Shown piece after piece: positions 1 through 12,870 of a stretch of DNA of 64,000 nucleotides. Numbering within the stretch: the stretch's first letter is position 1; the number at the start of each line of letters is the position of its first letter. Source of the stretch: Antedon mediterranea. Its lineage: Eukaryota > Animalia > Echinodermata. The stretch spans positions 6,735,888 to 6,799,887 of the forward strand of contig NC_092676.1 of NCBI RefSeq assembly GCF_964355755.1, read 5' to 3'. The position numbers were made by a program, and so were the translations under genes. The notes under the pieces were generated by a model, which worked only from the letters and a program-made list of their open reading frames with translations, was not told the DNA's origin and did no database searches.

Positions 1-497
1 GTATTAAATCTGTTTTTTCTTTACGTAATATGAAAATTATAGAATTAGGCATACAAGGGAAGAGTGAAATAAGAGTGAAATTGTAATTTCACTCTTCCCT
101 GGACCTACTATATATGTATTCATATTGAAAGCAAAGCAAAAAAAAAATTATATTTTGTAATTAATTCAATTTTATTATATTTGTTTTTCAATATTCAATT
201 CATAGAATAAAAAATTAATAGCATTTTACAATTTGTGTGAAATAATTACCAACTTGTTGTACATGATAAGCAAAATATAAAACATAACAGGTAGGTCTAT
301 TACAATCTGATACTGTACTACATTAAAAATCTTTATTATTGAATTAAAATTAAATACAAAAGTTGAACAGTGATGGTTTATGAAATTGGGCTTAAAATCA
401 TTGAATTACAGTTGCAAATAAATAACAAAACTATATTTGAAGTTTTTGGAATATTACATTAAAAATAACATTATATATTTATTTTAAATGTTTACAG

Positions 498-667
498 CAG
501 GAAACGAGTGTTCTTTGTTAATAAACATTATGGTGGATGCTCTAATGATAAAGGATGGCTAGTTGTTATTGATGATACATCGCATGGATGTGAATGGGAA
601 CAAATTATTCCCACCCCAGCATTCTTATTCAGCTCTTCTGACGAGGCAGAGACATTGAATAGTGGCT
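498..667 (+). CDS. Internal exon of an uncharacterised gene entering from the left edge (RKRVFFVNKHYGGCSNDKGWLVVIDDTSHGCEWEQIIPTPAFLFSSSDEAETLNSG)
   Basis: tttacag acceptor, gtaagt donor at 668, open frame. The FF..YGGC..D.GWLVV...C.WE motif resembles, from memory, an unnamed domain of marine invertebrate proteins. Confidence 0.75.
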
Positions 668-865
668 GTAAGTAAAATAAAGATGTTCATGGCCTTTATT
701 GATTTCTTAATCAGTGTTTCACTTTACATCTCCCTGGTTTCACATAGCCTAATCAAACAAATATATGTGTGGTCTACTAAAAACAAGTTTAAAAATACAA
801 GGATATTTCAAGACACTTATTACTCTCAAATGTGAAAATAACGTCATATGGTTTCAGTGTGTGTG

Positions 866-1076
866 CTAGGTTACTAAGCAAAATTCATGAAAATAAACCA
901 ATACAAACTTACGTCTGATAAGTTTCGTAGATCTACTCAGTTGCTCTTGCAGTTGCTAGCCGCATGGTGACTGCGTTGGAGTACGTCTCGTCAATATATA
1001 ACAACACAGCAACTGTCGAAAGTCTCGAGAAGTAGATTAGTATTGGTCTGTTGTTTTATGAATCTGCCTTACCTAG
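866..1076. mobile_element. Degenerate MITE-like inverted repeat in the intron
   Basis: ctaggtt...attcatgaaaataaaccaatac pairs imperfectly with gtattggtctgttgttttatgaat...ttacctag. Confidence 0.35.
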
Positions 1077-1328
1077 AACAATACATATTACTCTCGTGTT
1101 CCATAGCTATATCGAGTATTCATATACAATCTGTAACTGTAATATTATGGATATAACACTTGAACACAAATTATATCAATGAAATGATTGTCATCTCTAT
1201 TAGCATACTACACAAGTGACGTAATATACAAGTGACGGTTGTGTAAATTATGAGGGAGGGTGAACTATATCCATATTTTTATATAGTTCAGCCATGATCA
1301 AATTATCTATTTTTTTTTGTATTTTCAG

Positions 1329-1378
1329 CTGTGAGTAATGAAGCTTACATTATGACTGTGCATGTCAAGTACGGCTAA
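1329..1378 (+). CDS. Terminal coding exon of the same gene (SVSNEAYIMTVHVKYG*)
   Basis: Polypyrimidine tract plus ttttcag acceptor; phase 1 matches the donor at 668; TAA at 1376-1378; AATAAA near 1680. Confidence 0.7.
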
Positions 1379-1838
1379 TAATATTAGAATTGCTCAGCAT
1401 CATGCATTTACAGAAGCACGAGACCCACGATTGCTGATTTCTACTGATGCACTTTTATCACACTGAACTTTTAACACTGACAATTTTTGAGAAGAAATTA
1501 AAAACTGTTTATATAACTGCATTATCGTGTTTATTAACAAAAACAATATACTTTTAATGAGTAAAGTTGATCAACAGTTTCTTTAAAAAAAAGCATTGTT
1601 TTTGTATTTAAGAGAGGACCACAAGGTTGAATAGGTTTTATTTTACCTGACTGTGCAGTTATGGATAAATATGTTATAAATAAATAAGTGTTTTGTACTC
1701 AATAGCAGATGAATATTATCTTAGTAATGAACTATTGTAAAGACCATCATTACAACTTCACATTGATAACGATATATCAGAAAATAAAAGTGAAACGTAC
1801 AACTGAATGGTGAAGCAATTCATGCCACTTTTGTTCAA

Positions 1839-1971
1839 AGTAAACAGATTCCGACCAGCTTACCCTCGTCTATTGCACTATACCAGTCTTCCGTCACTTT
1901 TGTAAGTGCAGTAGATGTTGAGTATGATGGTCGAAAACCTGATTGATTTATACATAACAGATTATTATCTG
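1839..1971 (-). mobile_element. LINE (CR1/L2-type) reverse transcriptase fragment
   Basis: Reverse strand translates as TDNNLLCINQSGFRPSYSTSTALTKVTEDWYSAIDEGKLVGICLL (QSGFR...ST.TAL motif). Confidence 0.8.
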
Positions 1972-2014
1972 TTTTGTTTGAGAGTTTGTTTAAGCTCTTG
2001 CTATGTTCTTATTT

Positions 2015-2469
2015 TGTAAGTACTAAGCTTAACTTGTATATGTATAAGCAACTGATTTACCATATGTTAACTATAATCATGCTTACAATTAATGAAACTT
2101 GCATTTACAATATTTATCTTAGTTTTGCTCGATCGGAAGTATAATAATCAGGAGTTGTTATCTTGTTATCACGAGTTGATGCTGTGTCATACGTTGGTGT
2201 TGTATAACTTGAGGTACTATTATATTGTGATTGTTCGTTGTTGGATTGGTGTTGTGAATTATTACATTATTACTTATTGTTATAATTGACTGTTAGATAC
2301 AGTGGTTGTTATTTGTTATTCATATTTTGCAGGGCTTGAATTCTTGTATTTGAAATGACTTAGGCCTATGTAATGATTTGACGCTGAAGTACAATATATA
2401 CGAAACTAATAAATCGGACTGAAGGAAAGAAACCAAGTGTATTCTCCTCTTTATTTGTTTGGAACCACA
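2015..2469 (+). mobile_element. Probable 5' LTR of the Gypsy element (left boundary uncertain)
   Basis: Ends in CA (gaaccaca) just before the PBS and has an internal AATAAA near 2409. No second LTR is available for comparison. Confidence 0.5.
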
Positions 2470-2476
2470 AAAAACT

Positions 2477-2492
2477 TGGCGCTGCGAGCAGG
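2477..2492 (+). promoter_or_regulatory. Primer binding site, tRNA-Ser type
   Basis: TGGCGCTGCGAGCAGG is complementary to a tRNA-Ser-like 3' end (CCUGCUCGCAGCGCCA) and lies upstream of gag. Confidence 0.75.
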
Positions 2493-2837
2493 GTACCAAT
2501 CAAGATTGAAGAGGACTTGTTACCGGAATCTAGGCTCTCAAGTTATGAATGCAGATAAGAAGATAAGAACATTGATACTTATGAACGTGTTGATTATAAT
2601 TTAACATTTGGGAGGTTGACCTTATAATTTAAATTGATAATTCTAATAATTGGTGTGACATACAATACTCTTGCTTGGAATTATAATCATTGAAAAGTTT
2701 GGATCTGTTAAAATATATTGTTGATATGTAATCTTTGATCAATTGTTTATATAGTACCTTATAGTTTAGTTTATGAATGATCGTTGTTCGTATATTCTCG
2801 ATTTAAACTCGTTATATCATCTGTGTATATTAATATG

Positions 2838-5800
2838 GCGAAAGCTGAGAAACCCGATACTGAGACCACAGGAATTAATAGTATGATTGCTGCGCTTACT
2901 GATGTGTTGAAAGGTGTGGGTGTTCAAAAAGTTCCTCCTCCTATTAAGTTGTCTAAATTTAGGGGTCGTCCAAAATCTCCTGGGGATGTTACGTTGCGGG
3001 AATGGCTCGAAGATTTTGAGACATATTGTACACATTATAATCTAGGTGGGGACGTAAAATATGATGCCCTAGTAAGTCACTTGGGGGGATCGGCTAAAGA
3101 CAAAGTACATTACCAAATGTCCATATTTGGTAAAGGCAAAACTGTTAAAAAGGCCATTCAAGTGTTACAGACTACCTTTTTCTGAAGATGAATCCTTATC
3201 GGCTTTAAATACTTTGTTTTATTCTCGTAATCAGTTGGATTATGAAAGTGTGGCCGAATATAGCTTGAAGTTAATGAACATTTATTCGCAATTATTGGAA
3301 GCTTCTTTCCCCAATGAGCAGAATGCTCTCAAACATTTACAGGACTCCACACTCAAACAGAGATTGGTAGAAGGGTCCACTCGTTAGGCGTGAAATGCGC
3401 AGAATTGAAATGGCATCTAGGGATAAATCTTTTATTGAAATGAGGGAGGAAGTTATTGAATTGTTTAAAGGCGAGACATCACGGGGTTATAAACCGAAAG
3501 TTCAGGGTGTAGATTTTCCAACAAATTCTTATTCAAACCAATCTGAAAATTGTGAAATTAAAAAGGAGTTAAAGGTTCTTAAACAACAGCTAGATCAACT
3601 TCAACAGAGTTTATGTAAGTTTTCCCAAAATACTACTAACAATTCTTTTAATAGAAGTGGGCCCCGTCGTTGTTTTAATTGTGGACAATTTGGTCATAAT
3701 AGAGAGAATTGTGAATTGCCTCCGGGTCTCTGCTGGGAATGTAAAAAGGTCGGTCACTTTGCTGCAAAATTTTCAATTAGAGTTAGGAAGCCAAAGGCCG
3801 AACCATCTACAGATAATCATAATCTAGGTTCTGTTCAAATCCCGGTTGTTTCTGTGGAAGATAAAATTAGTCCTCCTAATGATCTACGAGAGCCCTCGAA
3901 ATCCTCTTTGCTTTGCCGTTTAGTTGTCCAAAGTCCTTGTGCTGTTATAAAGTTTGATTCAGTTGAATTGGGTTCAGTTCTTGACACAGGAGCGGAAGCA
4001 TCTATCATTCCTTCTTCAATTTATCACAGAATTCTAAAATCTGAGCTGGGTGGTTTACATAGTGCAGACCAGTTATTTACCAATGTGATTGGCGTCTGTG
4101 GTGTTGAAGTTCCGATCGAGGGCTATGTTGAAGTTCCAATTGAAATATTAGGACACAATTTGTTGGGTAGTTTTCTCATTGTTTCTGATAGTGCATGTAA
4201 TAACAATGTTTCTTATCCAATTTTGACAGGATGTAATATTTTACGTTATATTCAAGATGATCCGAGAATTCTGGAAACCTTGGGTAAGGTAGTTGGTGCG
4301 AAAACAGCTTGTACTGGTAGGGCCGAGGTAGTCTTGAGAGTTAATGATGAGCTATCCTAAATTTTTGTTTCTTTAAAGCACTTTAATACAGCTGTTCCAG
4401 TGGCTTGTGATAAGTTACATGAAGTCAATGTGTGTTCAAGTGTGTTGATGGTAATTATCGGTCTCATAAACGTAGCATTGTTGCAGAATCTGAGTTGGTC
4501 TGTCCTCCGGGTTTACTATTGAAAGGCTAGAGATAAGGAGCGCAAAGTTTTGTTGCTGTTAAATAATTACAAACATGTTTTCTCTACAGGTCCCTATGAT
4601 GTTGGGAAGTGCGATCTGATACCTCACTCAATTTCATTAATTAGTAACAATGCACCAATTCCACTGTTTTACAAAAATATGATAAAAGCCTACATAAATT
4701 ATAACAGAATCTCTAAAAAAAACCTGAAACTTATAACGATATAATGAATGAGCAACTGTGGGGAAACCACTACGTTAAACTAAAAAAAAAATCGCTTTTC
4801 TACAAGCATTGGATTGACAGTGGCATTATCAGTATTAAAGACATTGTTAAAAAGAACACTTTTTTAACATCAAACGAAATACTGGTGAAACTACAATGTA
4901 AAACAAACTGGTTAAATGAGTATTTGTGCATTATTAAGGCAATACCAATTCAATGGAAACGTATTATTAAGGTAGATATTTTCAATTGTGATGATAATGA
5001 TGAATTAGTTGGGACCAAGTATGAGATTAATACTACCAAACTAATATACTCATGGTTTGTGAAAGAATATTTCATTATTCCAATGTCACAACTAAAATGG
5101 GAAGAGTACTTCAATGATAACAACATTGATTGGAAAACTTCTTGGTTACGGAAAGTATGTAAAATGAAAGATAAGAAACTAGCACAATTCAATTATAAGA
5201 TGTTACATAGAATACTGCCTACCAACAAACGGCTGTATCAGTGGAAAGTTAAGGAAACACAAACGTGTGACAAATGTGGAGAAATTGAAAATGAAAATCA
5301 TTTGTTTTTTAGTTGTAGATTTATTCAGAAATATTGGAGGAAAATGCTTAGTATCTTTGTAAGTTTAAATCACAATAATATGTCATTTAAACAATTAATA
5401 CTAGGAACGGGAGATAAGCTAATAGATTATATTTACACTTTTGCAGCATTTACTATTTATAGAATAAAAATGTTATCTGCACTAAATAAGCCAGTGGGTA
5501 AATCTTTATGGAATTCATTTAAAAGCAATATGTTATATAACATTGAATGTGAAACATATAACAATAAAGAAACAAGTATAGAAAAATGGGTAGCTTTAAG
5601 AAATAAGATTATGATAATATAAATTCTAATTTGATACGATTAACCGAAAAGGAATTACAGTGATACGGGTTACTGGTGGTACTGAGCTATTATTGTTTTT
5701 TTTTATCATGTATATAAATATATTGTATAATCCGGGTTGTAAAATGAAAACAAACAAATGAAAATGTGTGAACTATTTTAAAACGGGATAGATGATAATG

Positions 5801-7752
5801 ATGATCCTGTCAAGTGTATAACAAAATATAAGAAAATTAATGAAAAAAGGAGTAATACAGAATTCATATATGTAAAAATGTTACTTATGAACTGTAACGA
5901 CATTTACAAGTTAAATAATACGATTTTATGTAATATGAGATAATATGAATGTGAATAAAAGTGGTGTTTGCGCCACAAAAGAGAAAAAAAAAACAATGCA
6001 CCTATTAGATTGCCATATCGTAGAGTCCATCCTAATAACATTAAAGAAGTTAAAGCAATGTTACAAGAAATGCTAAATCAGGGTATTATTAGGCCTTCAA
6101 AAAGTGATTACGCCAGTCCCATTGTTTTGGTTCAGAAAAAGAATAATTATTTGAGTTTGTGCATAGATTATCGCAAATTGAATGGGCGTCCTATGAAAGA
6201 CTCATTTCCCTTACCTAGAATTGATGAGGTACTTGACGTTTTAACGGGTTCTCGTTGGTTTTCAACCCTTGATTTGGCACATTGTTTTTTTCAAATAATC
6301 ATGGCTGATGATTCTATTGGTAAAACAGCGTTCCGGGTGCCGTAGGGATTTTACGAGTTTTTGCGGATGCCACAGGGTCTTACTAATAGTTCAAGCACGT
6401 TCCAACGCGTAATGGAGTATGTACTGGGTGATTTGAATCTCTCTGAAGTTGTTTTATATCTTGATGATATTCTTATCTTTTCAGCCACATTTGATGAACA
6501 TTTGAATCGACTAGATCAGGTGTTTAGTAGGTTAGCGAGGTATGGGTTAAAGGTGAAAGGAAGAAAATGTGATTTGTTTAGGGAAGAAGTCGCTTATCTG
6601 GGTCATGTCATTTCGAGTAAAGGTGTTTCTGTTGATGTCCTTCCTTGGACTTGCCTCGTATTATCGGAGGTTCGTTCCGAATTTCGCTAAGATTCCATCG
6701 CCGCTCCATAATATTACCCATATGGCAGCATCTCGGGCGGGGAATGGTCGTGCTGGAGTCGGTAAAGACAAAACAAGTACATTTCATTGGGGTTTACCAC
6801 AACAAATTGCATTTGAAAGTCTAAAGAAAAGTTTAGTGACTCCACCTGTGTTAGCTTATCCTATTTTTGATAGAGAGTTCATTATTGATGTGGATGCTAG
6901 TGGTAATTGGATAGGGGCATGTTTGTCTCAGCGGGACGATAACCAGATTCTTCATCCTATTGCGTAAGCAAGTCGTGGATCAGAGAAAAGCTATGCTGGA
7001 CTATCTAGTTTCAAATTGGAATTATTGGGTTTAAAATGGGCCGTTGTTGATAAATTTGGTTCTTACATTCAGAGTTCTAAAGCTATAGTTTACCCCGATA
7101 ACAATCCTTTAGCATATTTGCAAACTGCTAAGTTAGGAGCGACTGAGTTAAGGTGGGTGGTGGGTTGCTCAGCTTGCGATGTTTAACATAGAAATAAAGT
7201 GTAAACCGGGTTCAAACAATAAGTGTGCGGATGCTTTAACCAGATATCCGTTCGAAGAAGAGAGTGTAAATATAGAAGCATTGGCGGCTGTTGCTTGTTG
7301 CTTGTTGGTACATGTTCGTACTGCTATTGTTGATATCCAAAATTCAGATAATTCAGTTTCAGTGGCAAAGTCCCTTTGGAAACTAAGTCTATTCCTTCTG
7401 TTTTACCAAGTTATACATTTCAGCAACTTACAGATATGCAGCAGAAAATGATGAGCTAGGTTAAGTTTGGAAACTATGGAATGGATGGTGTAGAGAAAAG
7501 GATGGGCGTCCAGAAGCGGAGTGTGTATCTGGTTGGTTGCGTGAGTGGTCCAATTATGTTGAATTTAATGGTGTTTTGTATCGGCAAGTAAAAGATCCTA
7601 TTGTTATTTCATTCAGATAATTACTAGTTCCACGTAATTTGCGTTCAACTTTAATTGAACTTTTTCATGATAAGTGGGCTCATCAGGGGGTTTATCGAAC
7701 TTTGTCCATGTTAAGACGGCGTTGTTATTGGCCGGGGATGAATAATGAAGTA
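2838..7752 (+). mobile_element. Decayed Ty3/Gypsy LTR retrotransposon (gag-PR-RT-RNaseH-integrase zinc finger), 3'-truncated
   Basis: Gag with CFNCGQFGHNRENC knuckle; protease VLDTGA; RT motifs YASPIVLV, CIDYRKLN, MPQGL and YLDD; RNase H DVDAS; integrase HDKWAHQG...CYWPGM. Many stops and frameshifts; integrase core and 3' LTR are absent. Confidence 0.95.
4657..5991 (+). mobile_element. 5'-truncated L1/Tx1-like LINE nested in Gypsy pol
   Basis: ORF 4744-5622 has an RT C-terminal zinc finger (CDKCGEIENENHLFFSC). AATAAA plus A-rich tail. Flanked by the duplicated target AACAATGCACC (4646-4656 and 5992-6002); Gypsy peptide NNAP resumes after it. Confidence 0.93.
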
Positions 7753-8063
7753 AGACTTTCCTACCGTAGCAATATTATATTAACTGTAAACATGATTTTG
7801 TCCAACACACCAATGCGAGATATATTCCAACCATCAATTTGAATACAGGAGCATCCCAATTTCAAACGAACCACTAAATAAACTGAACCTAACTCTCTAA
7901 AATAACGAGAGACGGTAAATACATACAATTCATGAGCAAGATGCTGTCTTCATTGTGATCGTCAACAACATATCTGCATTCTAAAGATTTTTAATGTCTC
8001 ACCAGAATTGCACGTTTTTAGTGACGATATAGAGGGCGCACTTTAGGTACTATAAACAGAGAG

Positions 8064-8641
8064 CCATATATAGAGAGAGTTACGGCATTGAATGGATTAG
8101 AAGCCGTGTTTGTGTCCAACTATTCCTATGTAGCGTGTGGAGTTGAGTCTTTTGTTTTGAAAATGTATAACGTTCAAAAGGCTTTAATTATCGAATTTAA
8201 TATCAAAACAATCAATTTGATTAAAGGTTTTTGTTAAAATAATAAAAAAAATTATAAAGTTACTGCGAACATGATTTAAAACAACAAAAATAGCAATTTC
8301 GGAACGGCTCTGGTTGTGCGCTCCATGCACGCTCTACGCGTGCGCGTTTAGTTTGTACAGCGATTCTCTATAGTAATGCATTGTTTTTACATTTTACAAA
8401 TCATGTTCGCAGTTAACTTTATGATTTCCTTATTATCTTAACAAAAACCTTAAACAAATTGATTGTTTGATATTAAATTCGATATTTAAAGCCTTGTGAA
8501 TGTTATATATTTTTTAAGCAAATGACTCGACTCCATACGCTAAATAGGCATAGTTGGACACAAACATGGCCGGCCTGCACACCACGTGAACTTCTAAAAT
8601 CCGTGAACGCGAAGTCTTAACTCTCTCTATATATCGCTATG
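8064..8641. mobile_element. MITE/foldback element with ~215-bp imperfect inverted arms
   Basis: atatatagagagagtta...gtgtccaactat...actgcgaacatgattt is mirrored by aaatcatgttcgcagt...atagttggacac...taactctctctatatat. Confidence 0.85.
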
Positions 8642-8764
8642 AATATAAACAAAATAAATTGAAACATTAATTATTTCACTGACGATAAAGAAGACGAACC
8701 TTAGATACTATAAACGAAATTAAATTGAAATAGTATTATTATTTATTTTCACCATTTTTTTTAG

Positions 8765-8861
8765 CTGGGGTACTTCATGGGGAATGGAAGGTTACTTTAA
8801 GATTGCCCGCAAGGATAACATGTGTGGAATTACCACTCTGGCAAGCTACCCAATAGTTTAA
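8765..8861 (+). CDS. Terminal exon of a papain-family (C1A, cathepsin L-like) cysteine protease; upstream exons not found in window
   Basis: T-rich acceptor ttttttag, then (S)[31 protein letters not shown], the canonical C1A C-terminus; AATAAA near 8875. Confidence 0.9.
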
Positions 8862-11630
8862 GTACAAGTGAGATAATAAAATGCGTTATGTTGAAGATTG
8901 TTATGATTAGATATTGAAGCAAGATGTTGATTTTAATCATGATGATAGGGTAATACTTTTACGATGATGTAGTAGTTTAGCAGATGAGTTTAATTATGAC
9001 TATATTGTTTGTATTCAAACTGTGGCACTTTGACTTAGTGGTTAAATTTAACTACGAATCTCAGCGTTATTTTGTTCAATGCAAATTTGTACCTGCGACA
9101 AGATTAAACCTAAAATAATATATTATGATTTTTTTTTTATTAATGTAATATCCTTAAGTAATCTTGAAATTGTGCATTTTATGTTTGCAGGACGCGCTTG
9201 ATGGTCTTACTAATATTAGTTATTAATATTTTTTAATGGTAGAAAATTTACTATTGATTTCCAGTACATTCTAAAGAAAATGATAATAATTAATATATAA
9301 ATTTAATAATAATATATAAATCTACTAATCAAAATTACTTCTATCATAAACTCAAAAAAGAGCTTACTATTTGTTTTTCTTTTCAGGCTGAACCTACACA
9401 GAACAGGAATTCGAAAATATTCTTTTTTTTTATATTATTTTTTTGATTATTAGTGTTATAGAAATACCTAAAAATATATGGTATAGTTTATAGTAATAAA
9501 CATTGCACTTATAATGATTTGAAAAAAACATAAAATACAATAACAATTTACATTATAAACAATATATATATTGTTAAAGTTACGCAATAAAAAGAAGCAT
9601 GAATTGAACAGTATCGTAATATCAGATATTGATTAAATTATATATTGGTACGGCAATTTTGTTGAGTTGTAAGTTGTCTTGTATCTGTTTTCATTTGTAT
9701 TTGTTTGGGAGCATTATGACAATGTCTTTGTGATTGGAGAAGTGATTTACAAAAATAAACAGAGTATCACGTCATTTGAAATTCCTAGAGTATCAGTATA
9801 AGACCTCTCTTGCATGTTTTCCAAAGAATAATTCTGACTTCTGTTTTCTGAATCCCCTCAAATGTGTCGCACTGCCGCGCGGCATTCAGGGACGACCGTC
9901 ACACCGCATTACTCCAGGTTGTACATAACAATAGACCATAACCATATCACAGACTGGAGTTCACCTTTGCTTCAGAAGACTAAGAAAAAAAAACATCGAG
10001 AGGCTCTATTACAAAACCCATTAACATGACTATAATATGTACTATCCCAACTTACATTTTTATTCAGATAATATTTCCCAAGGTTATCAGCAAAAATTAA
10101 AATATCACTAATTCTAAAAACAAATTATCATTAGTAGGAGCATAATTGGTTAATAATAAGAAAATGATTGGTCCCATTGTTCGTAACCTGTGGAATTTCA
10201 CAAGTAACTGTCTTTATTGATAACAATGTATTATGAAATCTATTATTGGGAGATCTTTCTGAAGGAAGCTGCAGAAGATGGGAATAATTGAATGCTTGGC
10301 CTCATATCAAATAACCTGATAACTAACACGTTATGATTATGGCTTAGTAATACTAATATAGAGTGTCAGTAAATTAACATAAAGAGGCCTACCGGGTTTA
10401 TAAACATTTCTAGCATATCGTTAAGACAATTTGTTGTCAGTGATCTACGCTATATTTTCAAATTGTTGAGCATCAATATTTTGAATATGCTGCTGCTACA
10501 AAACCTGCTCTTGTACACATTACAGTAGGAATGCCAATAATCTCGACTGTTTTAAATCTCTTTTAAAAGTCATTTTCACAATGTTGCATTTTATAAATGA
10601 ATACATTTTAATTGTCACTTTTTACTGTTTTATTAGTATAAATTTTAATCCTGTAATTGGTCATTTAAACTTTTAAGTATTTTATTGTCGTTTTTTGTAT
10701 CAATTGTGCGTTATTTGAACATATTTTAATGACATTTGCACAATACAAATGAACGGGATTGCCACCTTTGAGAAGGATAGTGAATTCACTTATGGTTATC
10801 CTTGGCAATTTGCCTAAAATGAGAATAAAAAAAACAAAAAAATGCATTATTGTATTGCATTACCCAGTTACTAATAACGGACTAAAAAACCGTTGCAAAA
10901 ATTGGTCTCACATCATTGGGATTAGTCGAATTTTGAATCTTGATTGGTTATTGGAACAATTGTTGCGGTTTTCCAGCTATTAGGAAATATTCCTTGTTTT
11001 AAGACTACGTTCATAATTATTGAAGGAGCAGTTCATAAGCAAATTATTTTATAGTCACCAACATTAAGTTCTTTAAAGGCTAGATATAGATCTTATTTAT
11101 TTTCATTAAACCCAATTTTTGTATCTCAGACCACAAAAGCAGGTATATTATTTTAACTGTATAATTATGTTTTTGAATAATAATAAAAATCAGATGTGTA
11201 TAGCTAAACCTAATTTAAAATAGTATTTCGTTGTTTTTCCAACACGAAAATTACACAACAGTAGGTTTGCAATCATGACAGAATGTTGAATACATTTTAC
11301 AATTACAGTGATTGTAATATTCAATACCAATACCTTCATATATAATGAAGTGTATTATGATATTATAATGTTATATGTTGTAGCATAATGTTAACTATAG
11401 TAGGTATTTCATTCATAACCATACATTACGGTACTGCAGCTCGCCATGATTCTTGACTGTAGTAAGTCACCGTACCGTTATCGTATACCGTTAGATTTAC
11501 CTTCCATTGGCGCAGCATTCTAATTTGAATGTAGTGGTAGACCTACAATCTTGGAAAGCAAATGCCCACGCACACTTGAATGTTCTTTTTTGTGTGTTAT
11601 ATATTGAAGTTGGTTTTCCATTCATAGTCA

Positions 11631-11740
11631 TTTTGTCTGTACGTAGACGCATTTGGTGTGAAATGAAAAGTGGAGTTTTGTCAGTATGTGTGTCAGTACG
11701 TAGGCGCATTTGGTGTGAAATGAAAGTAAAATTTTGTCGG
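11631..11740. repeat. Short tandem duplication (~55-bp unit, 2 copies)
   Basis: gtacgtag(a/g)cgcatttggtgtgaaatgaaa occurs twice. Confidence 0.8.
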
Positions 11741-12391
11741 TCTGCATCTCTGTAGGACAAAAAAAGTGTAGCCAATCATTTTAACTTTTTTTAATATTAA
11801 TTTTATTCGTAAAGTAGTAACAAAGTATAGAAGCAAACATATTATTATACTTAAAACAAACTAGTTATTCTTAACTGAAAGTTTAATTAAATGATACTAT
11901 GCACTACCTAATCGTGTTGTGCTACTTTTTCACGTGCAAATGTTACAGTCTAAAAAATTATCTAAGGCCTAAAGACCCAAAATTACGTATTGTACAATGC
12001 TTAATTACTTGTTTTTATAACACACTTTTTGTATTTTGTTTTATGCAAAATGTCTTTCGTATGAATATCTTTTCCCGCTAATCAACAAATACATTAGGAT
12101 ATCCTTACCCCTACACCATAATACACTACCTACTACATAACATTTGCTATTAATACGATAATACATGAAAAGCTATTCATACCAATAACCACCTAATAAT
12201 GGTCTTATTGTAGGACATAATACTATAATTCTTATTACACACTCGTGCAGTTGATATGCACACAATTAACAATACAATATTATTATAACACAAAGATTGT
12301 AAACAACAGCATAACATGGAACTTATAAACAATTATAAAATAACCAATAGCCAATATTTGAATATGAATAGAAAATAATATTTAATAATTA

Positions 12392-12680
12392 TATAAATTC
12401 CTGTCATTTGATTGGACGAATGTGGGTCACATGGCGTGCAATAGTACGCACTATTCAACGATCGTTAAATAGTACTTTTTGAAACATTTTTGTTTGTTAT
12501 TTAGATGTTATATAAAACAAATAATGAATGTTTTGTATTCGTGTAATGGTACAAATAATGGCACTTGGTGAATGATGAAAGGTTATATCAACTCGGCTTT
12601 GCCTCGTTGATATAACCTTTCATCATTCACCTCGTGCCATTATTTGTACCATTGCACTCATAAACATTCATTATTTGTAT
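12392..12680. mobile_element. Non-autonomous element ending in a ~165-bp hairpin
   Basis: acaaataatgaatg...atgaaaggttatatcaac pairs with gttgatataacctttcat...cattcattatttgt; flanked by a 17-bp direct repeat ATAATATTTAATAATTA (12375 and 12679). Confidence 0.8.
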
Positions 12681-12835
12681 AATATTTAATAATTACTTAT
12701 AAAAAGTATGAAATATTGGTTTTGTTTTAAATTTAAAATATTATGTAAGTATTCTTGTTGGCCGGCAATATTGATTGCTTACAAATATGGAATTGAGCAG
12801 TAATACTCCACTGTCTATACAGATATATGCATTTA

Positions 12836-12870
12836 TCAATCAATCAATCAATCAAATCTTTATTCATTCC
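12836..12870 (-). repeat. (TGAT)n tail preceded by AATAAA; 3' end of a retroposon
   Basis: Reverse strand reads ggaatgaataaagatttgattgattgattga. Confidence 0.55.

Noticed and set aside
9185-9420. Acceptor-like sites near 9190 and 9386
   Set aside because: No convincing donor or coding frame follows.
9790-9980. Possible minus-strand LINE remnant (…FEGIQKTEVRII…)
   Set aside because: Too degenerate to call without a search.
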